Assembly: GCA_903918885.1 (NCBI GenBank) | Contig: CAIXFY010000030.1 | Coordinates: 39,324-103,323, forward strand | Length of the DNA: 64,000 nt | From: an uncultured Verrucomicrobia subdivision 3 bacterium | GTDB taxonomy: Bacteria > Verrucomicrobiota > Verrucomicrobiia > Limisphaerales > UBA11358 | Reading direction: 5' to 3' | In this document: in pieces, positions 46,114 through 55,540 of the stretch | Layout: every line of letters begins with the position of its first letter | Position numbering within the stretch: the stretch's first letter is position 1 | Position numbers and translations under genes: made by a program | Notes under the pieces: generated by a model | What the model was told of the DNA's origin: nothing | What the model saw: only the letters and a program-made list of their open reading frames with translations | Database searches by the model: none

Positions 46114-46659
46114 TCAGCGACGGTTCAAAAACGTATCTGCCAGCGAGCCTTTTTCCGAAGTGATTACCGTGCCGGACGCGATGTTGTGGCGGGTGAACCA
46201 GCCTTCCTTGGTTTCCAAAACGAAACGGATGTCATCGCGCGCGGCGACCACGGAGTTGGTATCGTTCTGTTCGAGGTGATGGATTTCTTGAATCACGCCG
46301 TCCGCCGTGAGGTAGGCGGCGGAGATGGATTCGGGGCAGTTTTTCATCCAGAAACTCGCGCGCTGCGGCATCGGCAGCACGAACAGCATCGCGTCCGTCT
46401 CCTGAATGTTCGTGCGGAACATCATGCCGGTCATCTCCTGATCCTGCGTCAGTGCCAGCTCGGCATCGAGTATTTCCGCGCCGAGATAAAGTTTCATCGT
46501 CGGCAATTTCGCCTGCGCGTGTTTGGGCAGCAAATCATCTACGGTCAGCGGCGGATTCAGCGTGATGGACGCGTCCGGCTTGGTGCAACCAGCGAAAACT
46601 ACGGCGGCCAACAGCGTGGGAAAAATGAATTTTAACTTCACGCAGCCAATGTGCCGCAA
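46114..46659 (-). CDS. DUF192 domain-containing exported protein
   Basis: Lipobox-like FAGC. The MLFVLPMPQRASFWMKNCPESISAAYL pattern is typical of DUF192. Confidence 0.7.
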   Translation of the reverse strand: MRHIGCVKLKFIFPTLLAAVVFAGCTKPDASITLNPPLTVDDLLPKHAQAKLPTMKLYLGAEILDAELALTQDQEMTGMMFRTNIQETDAMLFVLPMPQRASFWMKNCPESISAAYLTADGVIQEIHHLEQNDTNSVVAARDDIRFVLETKEGWFTRHNIASGTVITSEKGSLADTFLNRR

Positions 46660-46707
46660 ACCACGTTAGTATTCAAATCATTCTCAATTTTCGATTTGAA
46701 AACGGTG

Positions 46708-46780
46708 TTGCGCGAAGAACGCGAAGGTTGCGAAGGGGATAAATTCTGTTCCTTCGCTGCCCTCGTGTTCTTCGCGCGAA
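46708..46780. repeat. imperfect 29-nt inverted repeat (hairpin) upstream of feoA
   Basis: ttgcgcgaagaacgcgaaggttgcgaagg (46708-46736) pairs with ccttcgctgccctcgtgttcttcgcgcgaa (46751-46780), about 25/29 complementary with a 14-nt loop. Confidence 0.55.
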
Positions 46781-46889
46781 ATCAATTTCGCAAGCTGCCG
46801 ACAACAAACCGCAAACGGCCAACAGTCCTGCCGCGCGCCAGCGGATAGACTTTGCACTGGATTGCAGGAAAGACTATTTTGTTCAAGCT

Positions 46890-47174
46890 GTGACAACTAA
46901 TGCCAAACCCGTTTCGCTCGTCCGGCTGGACGAATTACCGCCGCGCGTCTGCGCCGTGGTGCGCAGTGTCACGACCGAAGACGAGGACACGCAGCGGCTC
47001 AAGACGCTTGGCGTCTGCATCGGTCGTCGGCTGGAGCTCGTCCGCGCTGGCAATCCGCTGATCCTGAAAATTTTTGGTTCGCGCCTCGGTCTTTCTGCCG
47101 AACTCGCCGCGCGCGTCACGGTGGAAGTTTGCCAACCCGGCCATTGCGCGATGCGCGAAGAGAATTGCGCATGA
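46890..47174 (+). CDS. feoA: ferrous iron transport protein A
   Basis: GTG start. SH3-like FeoA pattern LDELPPRVCAVVRSV...RLKTLGVCIGRRLELVR...LGLSAELAARV. Confidence 0.8.
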   Translation: MTTNAKPVSLVRLDELPPRVCAVVRSVTTEDEDTQRLKTLGVCIGRRLELVRAGNPLILKIFGSRLGLSAELAARVTVEVCQPGHCAMREENCA

Positions 47175-49198
47175 GCGCCTGCCACGACACCGCGTCGGAA
47201 ACTGCGGCGCATTCCCACAACGCATTTACGCTCGCGCTCGTCGGCAATCCGAACGCCGGCAAAACCACCTTGTTCAACGCTCTCACCGGTCTGCGCGCCA
47301 AGACGGCGAATTTTCCCGGCACGACGGTTGAACGCAAAGTTGGTCGGCTGCATCTCGACCACAAACAGATTGTTGTCGTGGATTTGCCGGGACTTTACAG
47401 TCTCGACAGTAAATCGCCGGACGAAAAACTCGCCGCCGATGCGTTGCAGGGAAAACTGGAACACACCGCGCCGAACGCCGCGCTCGTTGTCGTGGACGCG
47501 ACAAATCTCGAACGGAATCTTTTTCTCGTCAGCCAGATTTTGGAGTTGAAGAAAATTCCCGTCGTCGTGGCGTTGAACATGATGGACATGGCGCGGCGCG
47601 ACGGCATCCACATTGACGTGACGAAGTTGCGCGAGGAACTTGGCTGCGTGGTCATGCCCGTGTCCGCGCGCAACGGCGAAGGCGTTGATGAACTGAAACA
47701 GGAATTAAACCGGTTGGTCACCGGCGCGATGCCGGAGTCAGTGGATCATGTTGACCCAAACTGCGCGGGCTGCACCGGCTGCACCTTTCAGGCACGCTAC
47801 GAATGGACGGAGCAGATTTCCACGCGCGTCATGGACTCCGCGCTCATTCAACGCTCGGCGTGGACGGATCGGTTGGATGATTATTTCACGCATCCGGTCA
47901 CCGGCGTGGTGATTTTTCACGTCGTGATGCTGGCGCTGTTCGCGTTGATTTTCTGGGCGGCACAAATTCCGATGGAGCTGATTGACCACGCTTTTGCGGG
48001 CATAAAATCATGGACGGCTTCCATTTTGCCAGCGGGTGATTTGCAAAGTCTCGTGTCGGATGGTGTGGTCGGCGGCGTCGGCGGCATTCTGGTTTTTCTA
48101 CCGCAAATCTGTATTTTATTTTTCGCGCTGTCGCTGTTGGAAGACACCGGTTATCTGTCGCGGGCGGCGTTCGTGATGGACAAAATCATGCGCAAGCTCG
48201 GCCTGCCGGGGAAGGCGTTTGTGCCGCTGCTCTCGGCGCATGCGTGTGCAATTCCGGCAATCATGTCCACCCGCGTCATCGAAAATCCGCGCGACCGGTT
48301 GGTGACGATTCTGGTCACACCGCTGATGGCGTGTTCGGCGCGCATTCCCGTTTACGCGATGATCACGGCGCTGCTGTTTCCGCACTCGCCGTTGAAGGCT
48401 GCGCTGGTTTTCACCGGCGCTTACGCGACGGGCGTGATGGCGGCGCTGGGCATGGCGATGATTTTCCGGCGGACAATTTTGCCCGGCGAAAGCAAACCGC
48501 TGATGATTGAACTGCCGCCGTATCGCGTGCCGGGCTTGCGCGTGGCGCTGCTGCACACGTTCGACCGCGCGAAAATTTTCGTGAAACAGGCTGGCACGGT
48601 CATTCTGGCAATTTCGCTGATTTTGTGGGCGCTTTCTTATTATCCGAAATCCAGTCCGCCCGCCGCTGCGGTTGCGATGACCACGCAGGCCGCGCAAGTT
48701 GAAAAAACTGGCGATGCCAATCAGGCTTCACAATTGCGCGACGCGGCCGGTCGCCTGACCGCGCAAGCGTCGCTGCAAAATTCCTTCGCCGGGAAAATTG
48801 GTCATGTCATCGAGCCGGTCATCGCGCCGCTGGGTTACGACTGGCAGATTGGCATCGGCATCATCAGCTCGTTCGCCGCGCGCGAAGTCATCGTCTCGAC
48901 GCTGGCAATCGTCTATGGCGTGGGCAAAGACGCAGCGGATAGCAATCAGTCGTCGCTTTACAGCACGTTGCGGCAGGCCAAGCGCACGGACGGCACGCCG
49001 ATTTTTAACACGGCGACCTGCGCGAGCCTGTTGGTGTTTTACATTTTGGCGGCGCAATGTTTATCCACCACCGCCGTCGTTCGCCGCGAGACGAACAGTT
49101 GGAAATGGCCGCTGTTCCAAATTGCCTACATGACCGGCCTTGCTTACATCATGGCGCTGGTCGTCTATCAAACGTTGCGGCACTTTGGCCACGCGTGA
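47171..49198 (+). CDS. feoB: ferrous iron transporter B
   Basis: The ATG at 47171 overlaps the feoA stop (ATGA). G-domain motifs LVGNPNAGKTTLFNALTG, DLPG and NMMD are followed by a polytopic membrane domain. Confidence 0.9.
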   Translation: MSACHDTASETAAHSHNAFTLALVGNPNAGKTTLFNALTGLRAKTANFPGTTVERKVGRLHLDHKQIVVVDLPGLYSLDSKSPDEKLAADALQGKLEHTAPNAALVVVDATNLERNLFLVSQILELKKIPVVVALNMMDMARRDGIHIDVTKLREELGCVVMPVSARNGEGVDELKQELNRLVTGAMPESVDHVDPNCAGCTGCTFQARYEWTEQISTRVMDSALIQRSAWTDRLDDYFTHPVTGVVIFHVVMLALFALIFWAAQIPMELIDHAFAGIKSWTASILPAGDLQSLVSDGVVGGVGGILVFLPQICILFFALSLLEDTGYLSRAAFVMDKIMRKLGLPGKAFVPLLSAHACAIPAIMSTRVIENPRDRLVTILVTPLMACSARIPVYAMITALLFPHSPLKAALVFTGAYATGVMAALGMAMIFRRTILPGESKPLMIELPPYRVPGLRVALLHTFDRAKIFVKQAGTVILAISLILWALSYYPKSSPPAAAVAMTTQAAQVEKTGDANQASQLRDAAGRLTAQASLQNSFAGKIGHVIEPVIAPLGYDWQIGIGIISSFAAREVIVSTLAIVYGVGKDAADSNQSSLYSTLRQAKRTDGTPIFNTATCASLLVFYILAAQCLSTTAVVRRETNSWKWPLFQIAYMTGLAYIMALVVYQTLRHFGHA

Positions 49199-49232
49199 AG
49201 ATTGGCGCGGGTGGTGATGGTTTTTAACTCAA

Positions 49233-51116
49233 TTAGTTTGCCGCGCGCTGGCTGGAACTTTTCCACCATTTCGCCGGGAGTAGGCCGAGTCCAATGAACG
49301 CGAGCTGACTGACGACAAAGAGCACGAGCCATTTAAACGCCGCCTCGGTGAAGCCGTAGCTGTGCAGGCCGATGCCGAGCATGTTCACGCCGAACCACGA
49401 CCACGCGGTGACGATGTTGCCGAAGATGGCGCAGCAGACTAGGCCGCGCTCGCGGATGATCCCTCCCCACCGTAGGTGCAAAATCAGTGCGTTCCACAAG
49501 ACGATGATGAGCGCGCCGTTTTCTTTCGGATCCCAGCCCCAGAAGCGACCCCAGGATTGATCGGCCCAGATGCCGCCGAGAACGGTTCCGACGAAGCTGA
49601 ACAGCGTGGCAAAACAGACAATACCGTAAATCATCCGCGCTAAAGATTTGCCGGTGGCTTCATCCAAAGTTTTTGTGAACACGCCGCGTAAAATATAAAT
49701 CAGTGCGAGAAATCCGGCGACGAAGGTGCTCGCGTAGCCCACGGTCACGGCGACGACATGCGTGGCGAGCCAGAAATTCGTGTCCAGCACCGCGCGCATC
49801 ATTTCCATGGTGTCACCTTCCAACGCGAGGTGATGCGCGATGATGAGCGTGATGAAACCGATGCCCGAGGCCACGACCACGCCGATGCCGTTCTTGTGAA
49901 ACTTTTCCAGAATCAAACCCAGCACGCACGCGCCCCAACCGATGAAGATGGCGGAGGAATACAAATTCGTGACCGGCGGACGGCCTTCAAGAATCATGCG
50001 GTAAAGCAAGCCCGCTGTGTGGATGGCCAGCGCCAACCCCGTGAGCCACACCGCCGAACGGCGGAGGGTTTCCGACAAGTTGAACCACGAGAAAATCGCG
50101 AGCAACCCGGCGAGCACGTAGATAATCATCGCGTTGTAAAACGGCTCCATCTGGTTGAAGTAGACCTCCGCGCGGCATTTATCGAGCGCCTTGGCTTGGG
50201 TCGGAATCATCTGCGAGCGCAGGTCGGTGAGCGCGGTGTTGAAGGATTCCGGCTGTTTCGCTGCCAGCGCGCCAGCTAGCTTTGCATAATCGCGGACAAA
50301 ATTATCTATGGTCTCGCCGCGCGGCGCGGCGAGTAGCGCGTCGCCCATGCGCCGCCAGTCGCGTCCGCTACCGGGCGGCAGGACGAGCGGTGTTTCGAGA
50401 CTGCCCATGAATTGAAAGCGAGAAATGTCGCCGGCGAAAATGGCGAAGGCATTGGTGTCGAATTTCTTTCCGGCTTGCTGCGCCTGTGCGGCGGCCATGC
50501 CGTCGGGAATGGACTGCTCAAACTGCGCCAACTCCGCCGGCCAGTCTTGTGCATCCGCCGGTTGCAAAGTGTTTTTCAACTGCACATAAAGCATCAGTCC
50601 GTTGTGTAATTTGACGATGGCGTTTTCGTAGGCCGTGCGGTTGGCGGACTCCACGCCCTGGGCGCGGGTGTTTTCTTTTTCAAAAATTTCAATGACCGGC
50701 TGGAGTTGGTTCCAGGAAAAATGTTTGCCGTCGGATTTTTTGGCCGGGTCGGCGTCCGGCAATTTCAGCAGCGAAACGAGATCGGGATTATCCACGCGGA
50801 ACACCGGCCATTCGTCGGCGATGCCGGGATTCATCATCAGGTTCGCGAGCCATTCGGTCGCGGAAAGAATTTTCGGATGATCGCTCCAGCCTTTCCACGG
50901 TTCGGCGTTGAGCGTCTGTTTCCCGCGGATTTCGAGGAGCGAATTGCGCGCGAGCGAATCCATCGGCTTGGTGCGGCCGTTGAACACGACGGGCAGCCGG
51001 CCGAATTCGTTGAAGGCAAAATCTTTTTGCGGCGGCGATTGCAGTTTGGCGAAAAACCACAACGCCATCGCCAACATCAGGAACGGCGGAAACCACTTTT
51101 GCAGAATTTTGTTCAT
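49233..51116 (-). CDS. ccsA: cytochrome c biogenesis protein CcsA (system II) with ~300-aa N-terminal periplasmic extension
   Basis: Trp-rich haem-handling motif WGRFWGWDPKENGAL. The CcsA core is in the C-terminal ~300 aa. The N-terminus has one TM and a soluble domain. Confidence 0.8.
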   Translation of the reverse strand: MNKILQKWFPPFLMLAMALWFFAKLQSPPQKDFAFNEFGRLPVVFNGRTKPMDSLARNSLLEIRGKQTLNAEPWKGWSDHPKILSATEWLANLMMNPGIADEWPVFRVDNPDLVSLLKLPDADPAKKSDGKHFSWNQLQPVIEIFEKENTRAQGVESANRTAYENAIVKLHNGLMLYVQLKNTLQPADAQDWPAELAQFEQSIPDGMAAAQAQQAGKKFDTNAFAIFAGDISRFQFMGSLETPLVLPPGSGRDWRRMGDALLAAPRGETIDNFVRDYAKLAGALAAKQPESFNTALTDLRSQMIPTQAKALDKCRAEVYFNQMEPFYNAMIIYVLAGLLAIFSWFNLSETLRRSAVWLTGLALAIHTAGLLYRMILEGRPPVTNLYSSAIFIGWGACVLGLILEKFHKNGIGVVVASGIGFITLIIAHHLALEGDTMEMMRAVLDTNFWLATHVVAVTVGYASTFVAGFLALIYILRGVFTKTLDEATGKSLARMIYGIVCFATLFSFVGTVLGGIWADQSWGRFWGWDPKENGALIIVLWNALILHLRWGGIIRERGLVCCAIFGNIVTAWSWFGVNMLGIGLHSYGFTEAAFKWLVLFVVSQLAFIGLGLLPAKWWKSSSQRAAN

Positions 51117-52351
51117 GGCGTTTTCCTTTTCGAGACAAAGCCGACGAGGTGATACAGAAATTGGATCGTCAGGCCGAGGCCGACCATGCCACAGCCGACA
51201 TAGGGCGTGAGCCAGCTTGGATTGCGCACGACGGACAGCACGGACGACGGCGTGCGACCGGCCTGTTGCGCGACCTGACCGGCGTCCATCTGGTATTGGT
51301 AGTAAGTGTAGCCGCCGTAGCGCAGCGGATGATTCATGGAAATTTCCACCTCGCGCTGCTCGTGCGCCGACGGATTGTCAATGCGCACGCGGCTGCGAAA
51401 ATCCTTTGGAATGTCCGTGCCGGGATAAACCGTGTGCGTCGCCTTCAGCAGCGTGAGCGAAAACGGATGGTAGACACGCAGCGGGCGGATGTTGAAGGTG
51501 AATTTCTTCCCGTCCACCGTGACGCTCTGCGGCGCGGTGAGTTTGGTGGCAATGCTTTGCGCCATGCCCGCGCCCATCTGCGCGTAGCCATTGCGGACGG
51601 CTTCGACGAGCGCCGCGTCACCGGCCCAATCGCTCGCGACCCAGATGCCGAGCGAGCCGGCCGGCGTGCGGAATTCCAGCACCGCCGTCGGCACATTCCG
51701 CGCATCCATCGTCTTCACATCGTCCACCTTGCGGAAATCAAAACTCAACGCGACGCCGTTCGTCGTCAGCGGCGGCGCGTTTTGCAGCATCGGCGCGCGG
51801 AAATTCAAATCGGAATTGTGCCAGTTTTCTTTCACGCAAATAGCGAACGGCAGGCTCGCGATCTGCATTTCCGTGCCCGGCTTCAGCGACTTTTCGGCGA
51901 TGGCCGTTACCGTGTCGCCGTTGAGGAAAATCAATTCATAATCTGTCGCGCTGTCCGAATAATTGCGCAACTGACCCTCGGTGAAATGCATCTGCAACTC
52001 GCGCGAAAGCAAGTCCGTCGAAAGTTGGCCGACGAGCAAAACGATTACGCCCGCGTGCGCGAGCTGGATGCCGATTTTTTTGGTCGTGAGTTGAAAGCGG
52101 TAAATGTGCGCGCAGACGAGATTTACGAGCAGCAGCACGCCGAGCAGGTAGCCACCGGGCAGAATCAGCGGAACTTTGTGTCCGAACATGTGCGCGCCGA
52201 GCACAATCCACTGCTTGAAATAATGCGCCTGCGCGCCGTAAAGCCCCTCGTCCGCCTGCGCCAGCGTGCCGACGAACACGAGCACGATGGAAAACGCCAG
52301 CAGCGCGACGGTGAGTTTTAGGGAGCAGAAAAATTCGACGGTTTTTTTCAT
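51113..52351 (-). CDS. resB: cytochrome c biogenesis protein ResB/CcsB
   Basis: N-terminus FFCSLKLTVALLAFSIVLVFVGTLAQ, a central periplasmic domain and a C-terminal TM. Overlaps ccsA by 4 nt. Confidence 0.8.
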   Translation of the reverse strand: MKKTVEFFCSLKLTVALLAFSIVLVFVGTLAQADEGLYGAQAHYFKQWIVLGAHMFGHKVPLILPGGYLLGVLLLVNLVCAHIYRFQLTTKKIGIQLAHAGVIVLLVGQLSTDLLSRELQMHFTEGQLRNYSDSATDYELIFLNGDTVTAIAEKSLKPGTEMQIASLPFAICVKENWHNSDLNFRAPMLQNAPPLTTNGVALSFDFRKVDDVKTMDARNVPTAVLEFRTPAGSLGIWVASDWAGDAALVEAVRNGYAQMGAGMAQSIATKLTAPQSVTVDGKKFTFNIRPLRVYHPFSLTLLKATHTVYPGTDIPKDFRSRVRIDNPSAHEQREVEISMNHPLRYGGYTYYQYQMDAGQVAQQAGRTPSSVLSVVRNPSWLTPYVGCGMVGLGLTIQFLYHLVGFVSKRKTP

Positions 52352-52368
52352 GGCGAGCGGTGCGGTTT

Positions 52369-53517
52369 TTATTGCGCCGGATAATTGGCTGAATTGACAA
52401 ACTTGATGAGCGCGTCCTTCTGCTGCGCCACCACGGTTGCGTCGCCCATCATTTTGTAAAACCAGGTTTGTCCGCCGAGCGGTAGCACCAGGCCGACGAG
52501 GCTTGCCGGCTTGCCAGCGCGCGCGTCCGTGCCGGAAATTTCCACCAGCGTCGCCTTCGCGCCGGACGCGTCAATCGTCGGCAGCTTCGCGATTTCATCC
52601 TCGGTGGTCGGCGTCAGTCCGAGTTGCGCGCGCCAGCGATTGATGTTCGGTAGCAAACCGCCACCGTCGCCAGCGAGTTGGCTTACATTGACCGCCGCCG
52701 TGGCGTCGCCGCTGCCGATGATGAATTTTGCCACGAGAAATTGCGCGAGCGGACCTTCCTTCCAGTCTACCGGAATCGTCCAAGTCGGTTTGTCGGCGGT
52801 ATTCGCCGTCATCGGCGCGGCACTCATTCCGGAAATATCGGGATGCGACGGCGGCAACTGGCTCGCATCCATGGCCGCTGGCGCAGCGGACTGGTCGAAG
52901 GAAACCGATTTCAAAAACGCGGTGAAGTTGGCTTTCTGTTTTTCCACCAAGTCGGCGTTGCCCATCATCTTGAAATACCAAGTCGCCGTGTCGCCGTGCA
53001 AAATGCCGCCGAGAATCCGCGCGGCATCACCGCTGCCGGGGCTCGTGCCGGCGATGTCGTAAAGCTCGCCCGGCTGGCCGGCGATTTCGACTGACTCGAC
53101 AATTTTTTTCAACTCCGTTTCATCCAACGGCGCTTGGCCGACCTGTCCGCGCCAGCGGTTCACATTGGCGGCATCGCCGCCAGACATGCTGCCGAGGGGA
53201 ATCACGCTGACATCCGCCGTCTGGCCGTTTCCAGAAATTTCAAAACTCGCGACGCGCAATTGCGTCAGCGCCTTTTCCTTCCAGCCGTCCGGCAATGTGT
53301 ATTTCAGTTTGGGCAGACCGCTGTTGTCCGGCGCCGCCAGTCCGGCGGGCATGGACGCGGGCATGGCGGCAGACTCGGCAGCGGGTGGTGGCGTGGCGAC
53401 CGTGTCGTTGGCGTCAACCTTGTAGACTTTGACATCGTCACGGCCGCAGCCGGTCAGGAAACACAGAACAGCCGCCGCTGACAGCGGCAGCATGGTGGCG
53501 AAGGCGAAACTTTTCAT
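52369..53517 (-). CDS. lipoprotein made of two tandem copies of an uncharacterised ~145-aa domain
   Basis: Lipobox FLTGC. Both halves share P.(G/D)WKE..L.Q..VA.F, N(V/I)NRWR(G/A)Q(V/L)G and TW(Y/F)(F/Y)KMMG. Lies 17 nt upstream of resB. Confidence 0.6.
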   Translation of the reverse strand: MKSFAFATMLPLSAAAVLCFLTGCGRDDVKVYKVDANDTVATPPPAAESAAMPASMPAGLAAPDNSGLPKLKYTLPDGWKEKALTQLRVASFEISGNGQTADVSVIPLGSMSGGDAANVNRWRGQVGQAPLDETELKKIVESVEIAGQPGELYDIAGTSPGSGDAARILGGILHGDTATWYFKMMGNADLVEKQKANFTAFLKSVSFDQSAAPAAMDASQLPPSHPDISGMSAAPMTANTADKPTWTIPVDWKEGPLAQFLVAKFIIGSGDATAAVNVSQLAGDGGGLLPNINRWRAQLGLTPTTEDEIAKLPTIDASGAKATLVEISGTDARAGKPASLVGLVLPLGGQTWFYKMMGDATVVAQQKDALIKFVNSANYPAQ

Positions 53518-53634
53518 TTCAATGCCGTCAAGGTAATGAAATTTCCTTCGCGGTGCGAAACTTTCTTTGGCTTTCTACGGCCAAAAATTGTCACGCCGCC
53601 GACAAAATAGGAATGGTCAAACCGGTTTCGGCGC

Positions 53635-55245
53635 TCAGCCGATGGACATGTTGAGCAGGAATTCGATGTTGCTCTTCGTCTTCTTGAGTTTCCCGAGCAG
53701 CAAATCCATCGCCTCGACCGGTGGCACGCCCGTGAGCGCGCGGCGCAGCATGGCGACGCGGCTGGCTTCGTCGGGATGGTAGAGCAACTCTTCCTTGCGC
53801 GTGCCGCTGCGCTCGATGTTGATGGACGGAAAAATCCGGCGGTCCACGAGCGCGCGGTCGAGATGGACTTCCATGTTGCCCGTGCCCTTGAACTCTTCAA
53901 AGATGACTTCGTCCATGCGGCTGCCGGTATCTACGAGAGCGGTCGCCATGATGGTGAGCGAACCGCCTTCTTCGATGTTGCGCGCCGCGCCGAAAAATCT
54001 TTTCGGCTTGTGTAACGCATTCGCGTCCACGCCGCCGGACAAAATTTTGCCGGAATGCGGTTGAACGGTGTTGTAAGCGCGCGCCAAACGCGTAATGGAA
54101 TCAAGCAGAATGACGACATCGCGCTTGTGCTCCACCATGCGACGGGCTTTTTCGATTACCATTTCCGCGACCTGCACATGGCGTTCCGGCGGTTCGTCGA
54201 AGGTGGACGAAATCACTTCCGCGCCTTTGCAAGTGCGCTCCATGTCCGTCACTTCTTCGGGGCGCTCGTCAATCAGCAGGATGAAGAGATACGACTCCGG
54301 ATTATTTTTCAGGATCGCGTTCGCCATCTTCTGCATTAAAACCGTTTTGCCCGTGCGCGGCGGCGCGACGATGAGGCCGCGCGTGCCTTTGCCGATGGGG
54401 CAAACCAAATCCAAAACGCGCGTGCTTAATTCGTCCGCGGCGGTCTCCATGATGAAGCGCTTGTTCGGAAACAACGGCGTCAGGTTGTCGAAATGCGTCT
54501 TGTCCTTCGCCTTGTCCGGCTCCTCGCCGTCCACGGCCTCCACCTTCAGCAGCGCGAAAAATTTTTCTTTTTCTTTCGGCGGACGGATCTGGCCGGTAAT
54601 CAGATTGCCCGTCTGCAAATCGAACCGGCGAATCTGCGACGGCGAAACATAAATATCCTCGGGGCAGGGGAGATAATTGAAACTCTGCGAGCGCAGAAAG
54701 CCGAAGCCTTCCGGCAGCACCTCGATGACGCCTTCGGAAAACAGCACGCCGGCGCGCGCCGCGTTTTTTTCGAGGATGTGGAAGATGACCTCGTGCTTGC
54801 GCATCGTGCCGAAATTTTCCACGCCGTATTCCTTCGCCATATTGTTCAGCTCCGTCATGCTCATCGCCTGCAATTTGGCAATGTTCATCGAAGTGGCGAT
54901 GCGGTCGCGCTGGTAGCCGCCGCGTCGTTCAAACTGACGCGGTTCTTCGCGCGGTTCCTCGTGCGACGGCTCGACCGGCGCCGAAGGCGGACGCAGATTG
55001 CGCGACGATTCGCCGGCGAAACGGGAGGAATCGCGGCGCGCGTCCTCGGTGGCGGCGGCGGTGATGCTGTCCACCGTTCGTTCGGCGGGTAATTCCGCCT
55101 CGACCTGCGCGGGTGCGGGTGCGGGCGTTTCCGCCACCGGCTCAAACATCGGCTCGGCGGCCTTGGGCGATTCCACCGCCGGCGATTCGGCGGCGGCTTT
55201 GGCGGATTTTTTTACCGCCGGTTTCTTCGTGGAGATTTTTGCCAT
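53635..55245 (-). CDS. rho: transcription termination factor Rho (possibly with 119-aa disordered N-terminal extension)
   Basis: FGFLRS RNA-binding motif, Walker [18 protein letters not shown]. The canonical Rho N-terminus begins at the internal Met ([18 protein letters not shown] 54888). The upstream 119 codons are A/P/E/K-rich, so the start is ambiguous. Confidence 0.9.
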   Translation of the reverse strand: MAKISTKKPAVKKSAKAAAESPAVESPKAAEPMFEPVAETPAPAPAQVEAELPAERTVDSITAAATEDARRDSSRFAGESSRNLRPPSAPVEPSHEEPREEPRQFERRGGYQRDRIATSMNIAKLQAMSMTELNNMAKEYGVENFGTMRKHEVIFHILEKNAARAGVLFSEGVIEVLPEGFGFLRSQSFNYLPCPEDIYVSPSQIRRFDLQTGNLITGQIRPPKEKEKFFALLKVEAVDGEEPDKAKDKTHFDNLTPLFPNKRFIMETAADELSTRVLDLVCPIGKGTRGLIVAPPRTGKTVLMQKMANAILKNNPESYLFILLIDERPEEVTDMERTCKGAEVISSTFDEPPERHVQVAEMVIEKARRMVEHKRDVVILLDSITRLARAYNTVQPHSGKILSGGVDANALHKPKRFFGAARNIEEGGSLTIMATALVDTGSRMDEVIFEEFKGTGNMEVHLDRALVDRRIFPSINIERSGTRKEELLYHPDEASRVAMLRRALTGVPPVEAMDLLLGKLKKTKSNIEFLLNMSIG

Positions 55246-55540
55246 AATAAATTTTATTTGGTTGACCCGAAGTCCACTTGGCAGTTGGCCGTGCGGGAAA
55301 AATGTTCCCGCATTGGACGGTCTGCGTCAGGAAAAGTTCAATTTGAATTTACCGACCGACAAAGATTTTACTCTTTAATCGGCAAGGGGGATTTCGTAGT
55401 CAGCGCCGCTAGAATCGCGCACTTGCCCAGCCAAGTCAAATCCGATTTTGTTGGCATTCCTTACCAACCCGAACCTTCGCGCGAAATTACGGAAATGGTT
55501 TGCCCGGTTTCTGGCTTTGGCGATAATGCGTGGCAATCCC

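Noticed and set aside
46790-46889. Fur box in front of feoA
   Set aside because: No GATAATGATAATCATTATC-like 19-mer is recognisable by eye. A PWM scan would be needed to exclude a degenerate site.
51149-52321. 390-aa ORF antisense to resB
   Set aside because: It is an Arg-rich antisense artefact, and the ResB reading on the minus strand has the expected TM and periplasmic layout.
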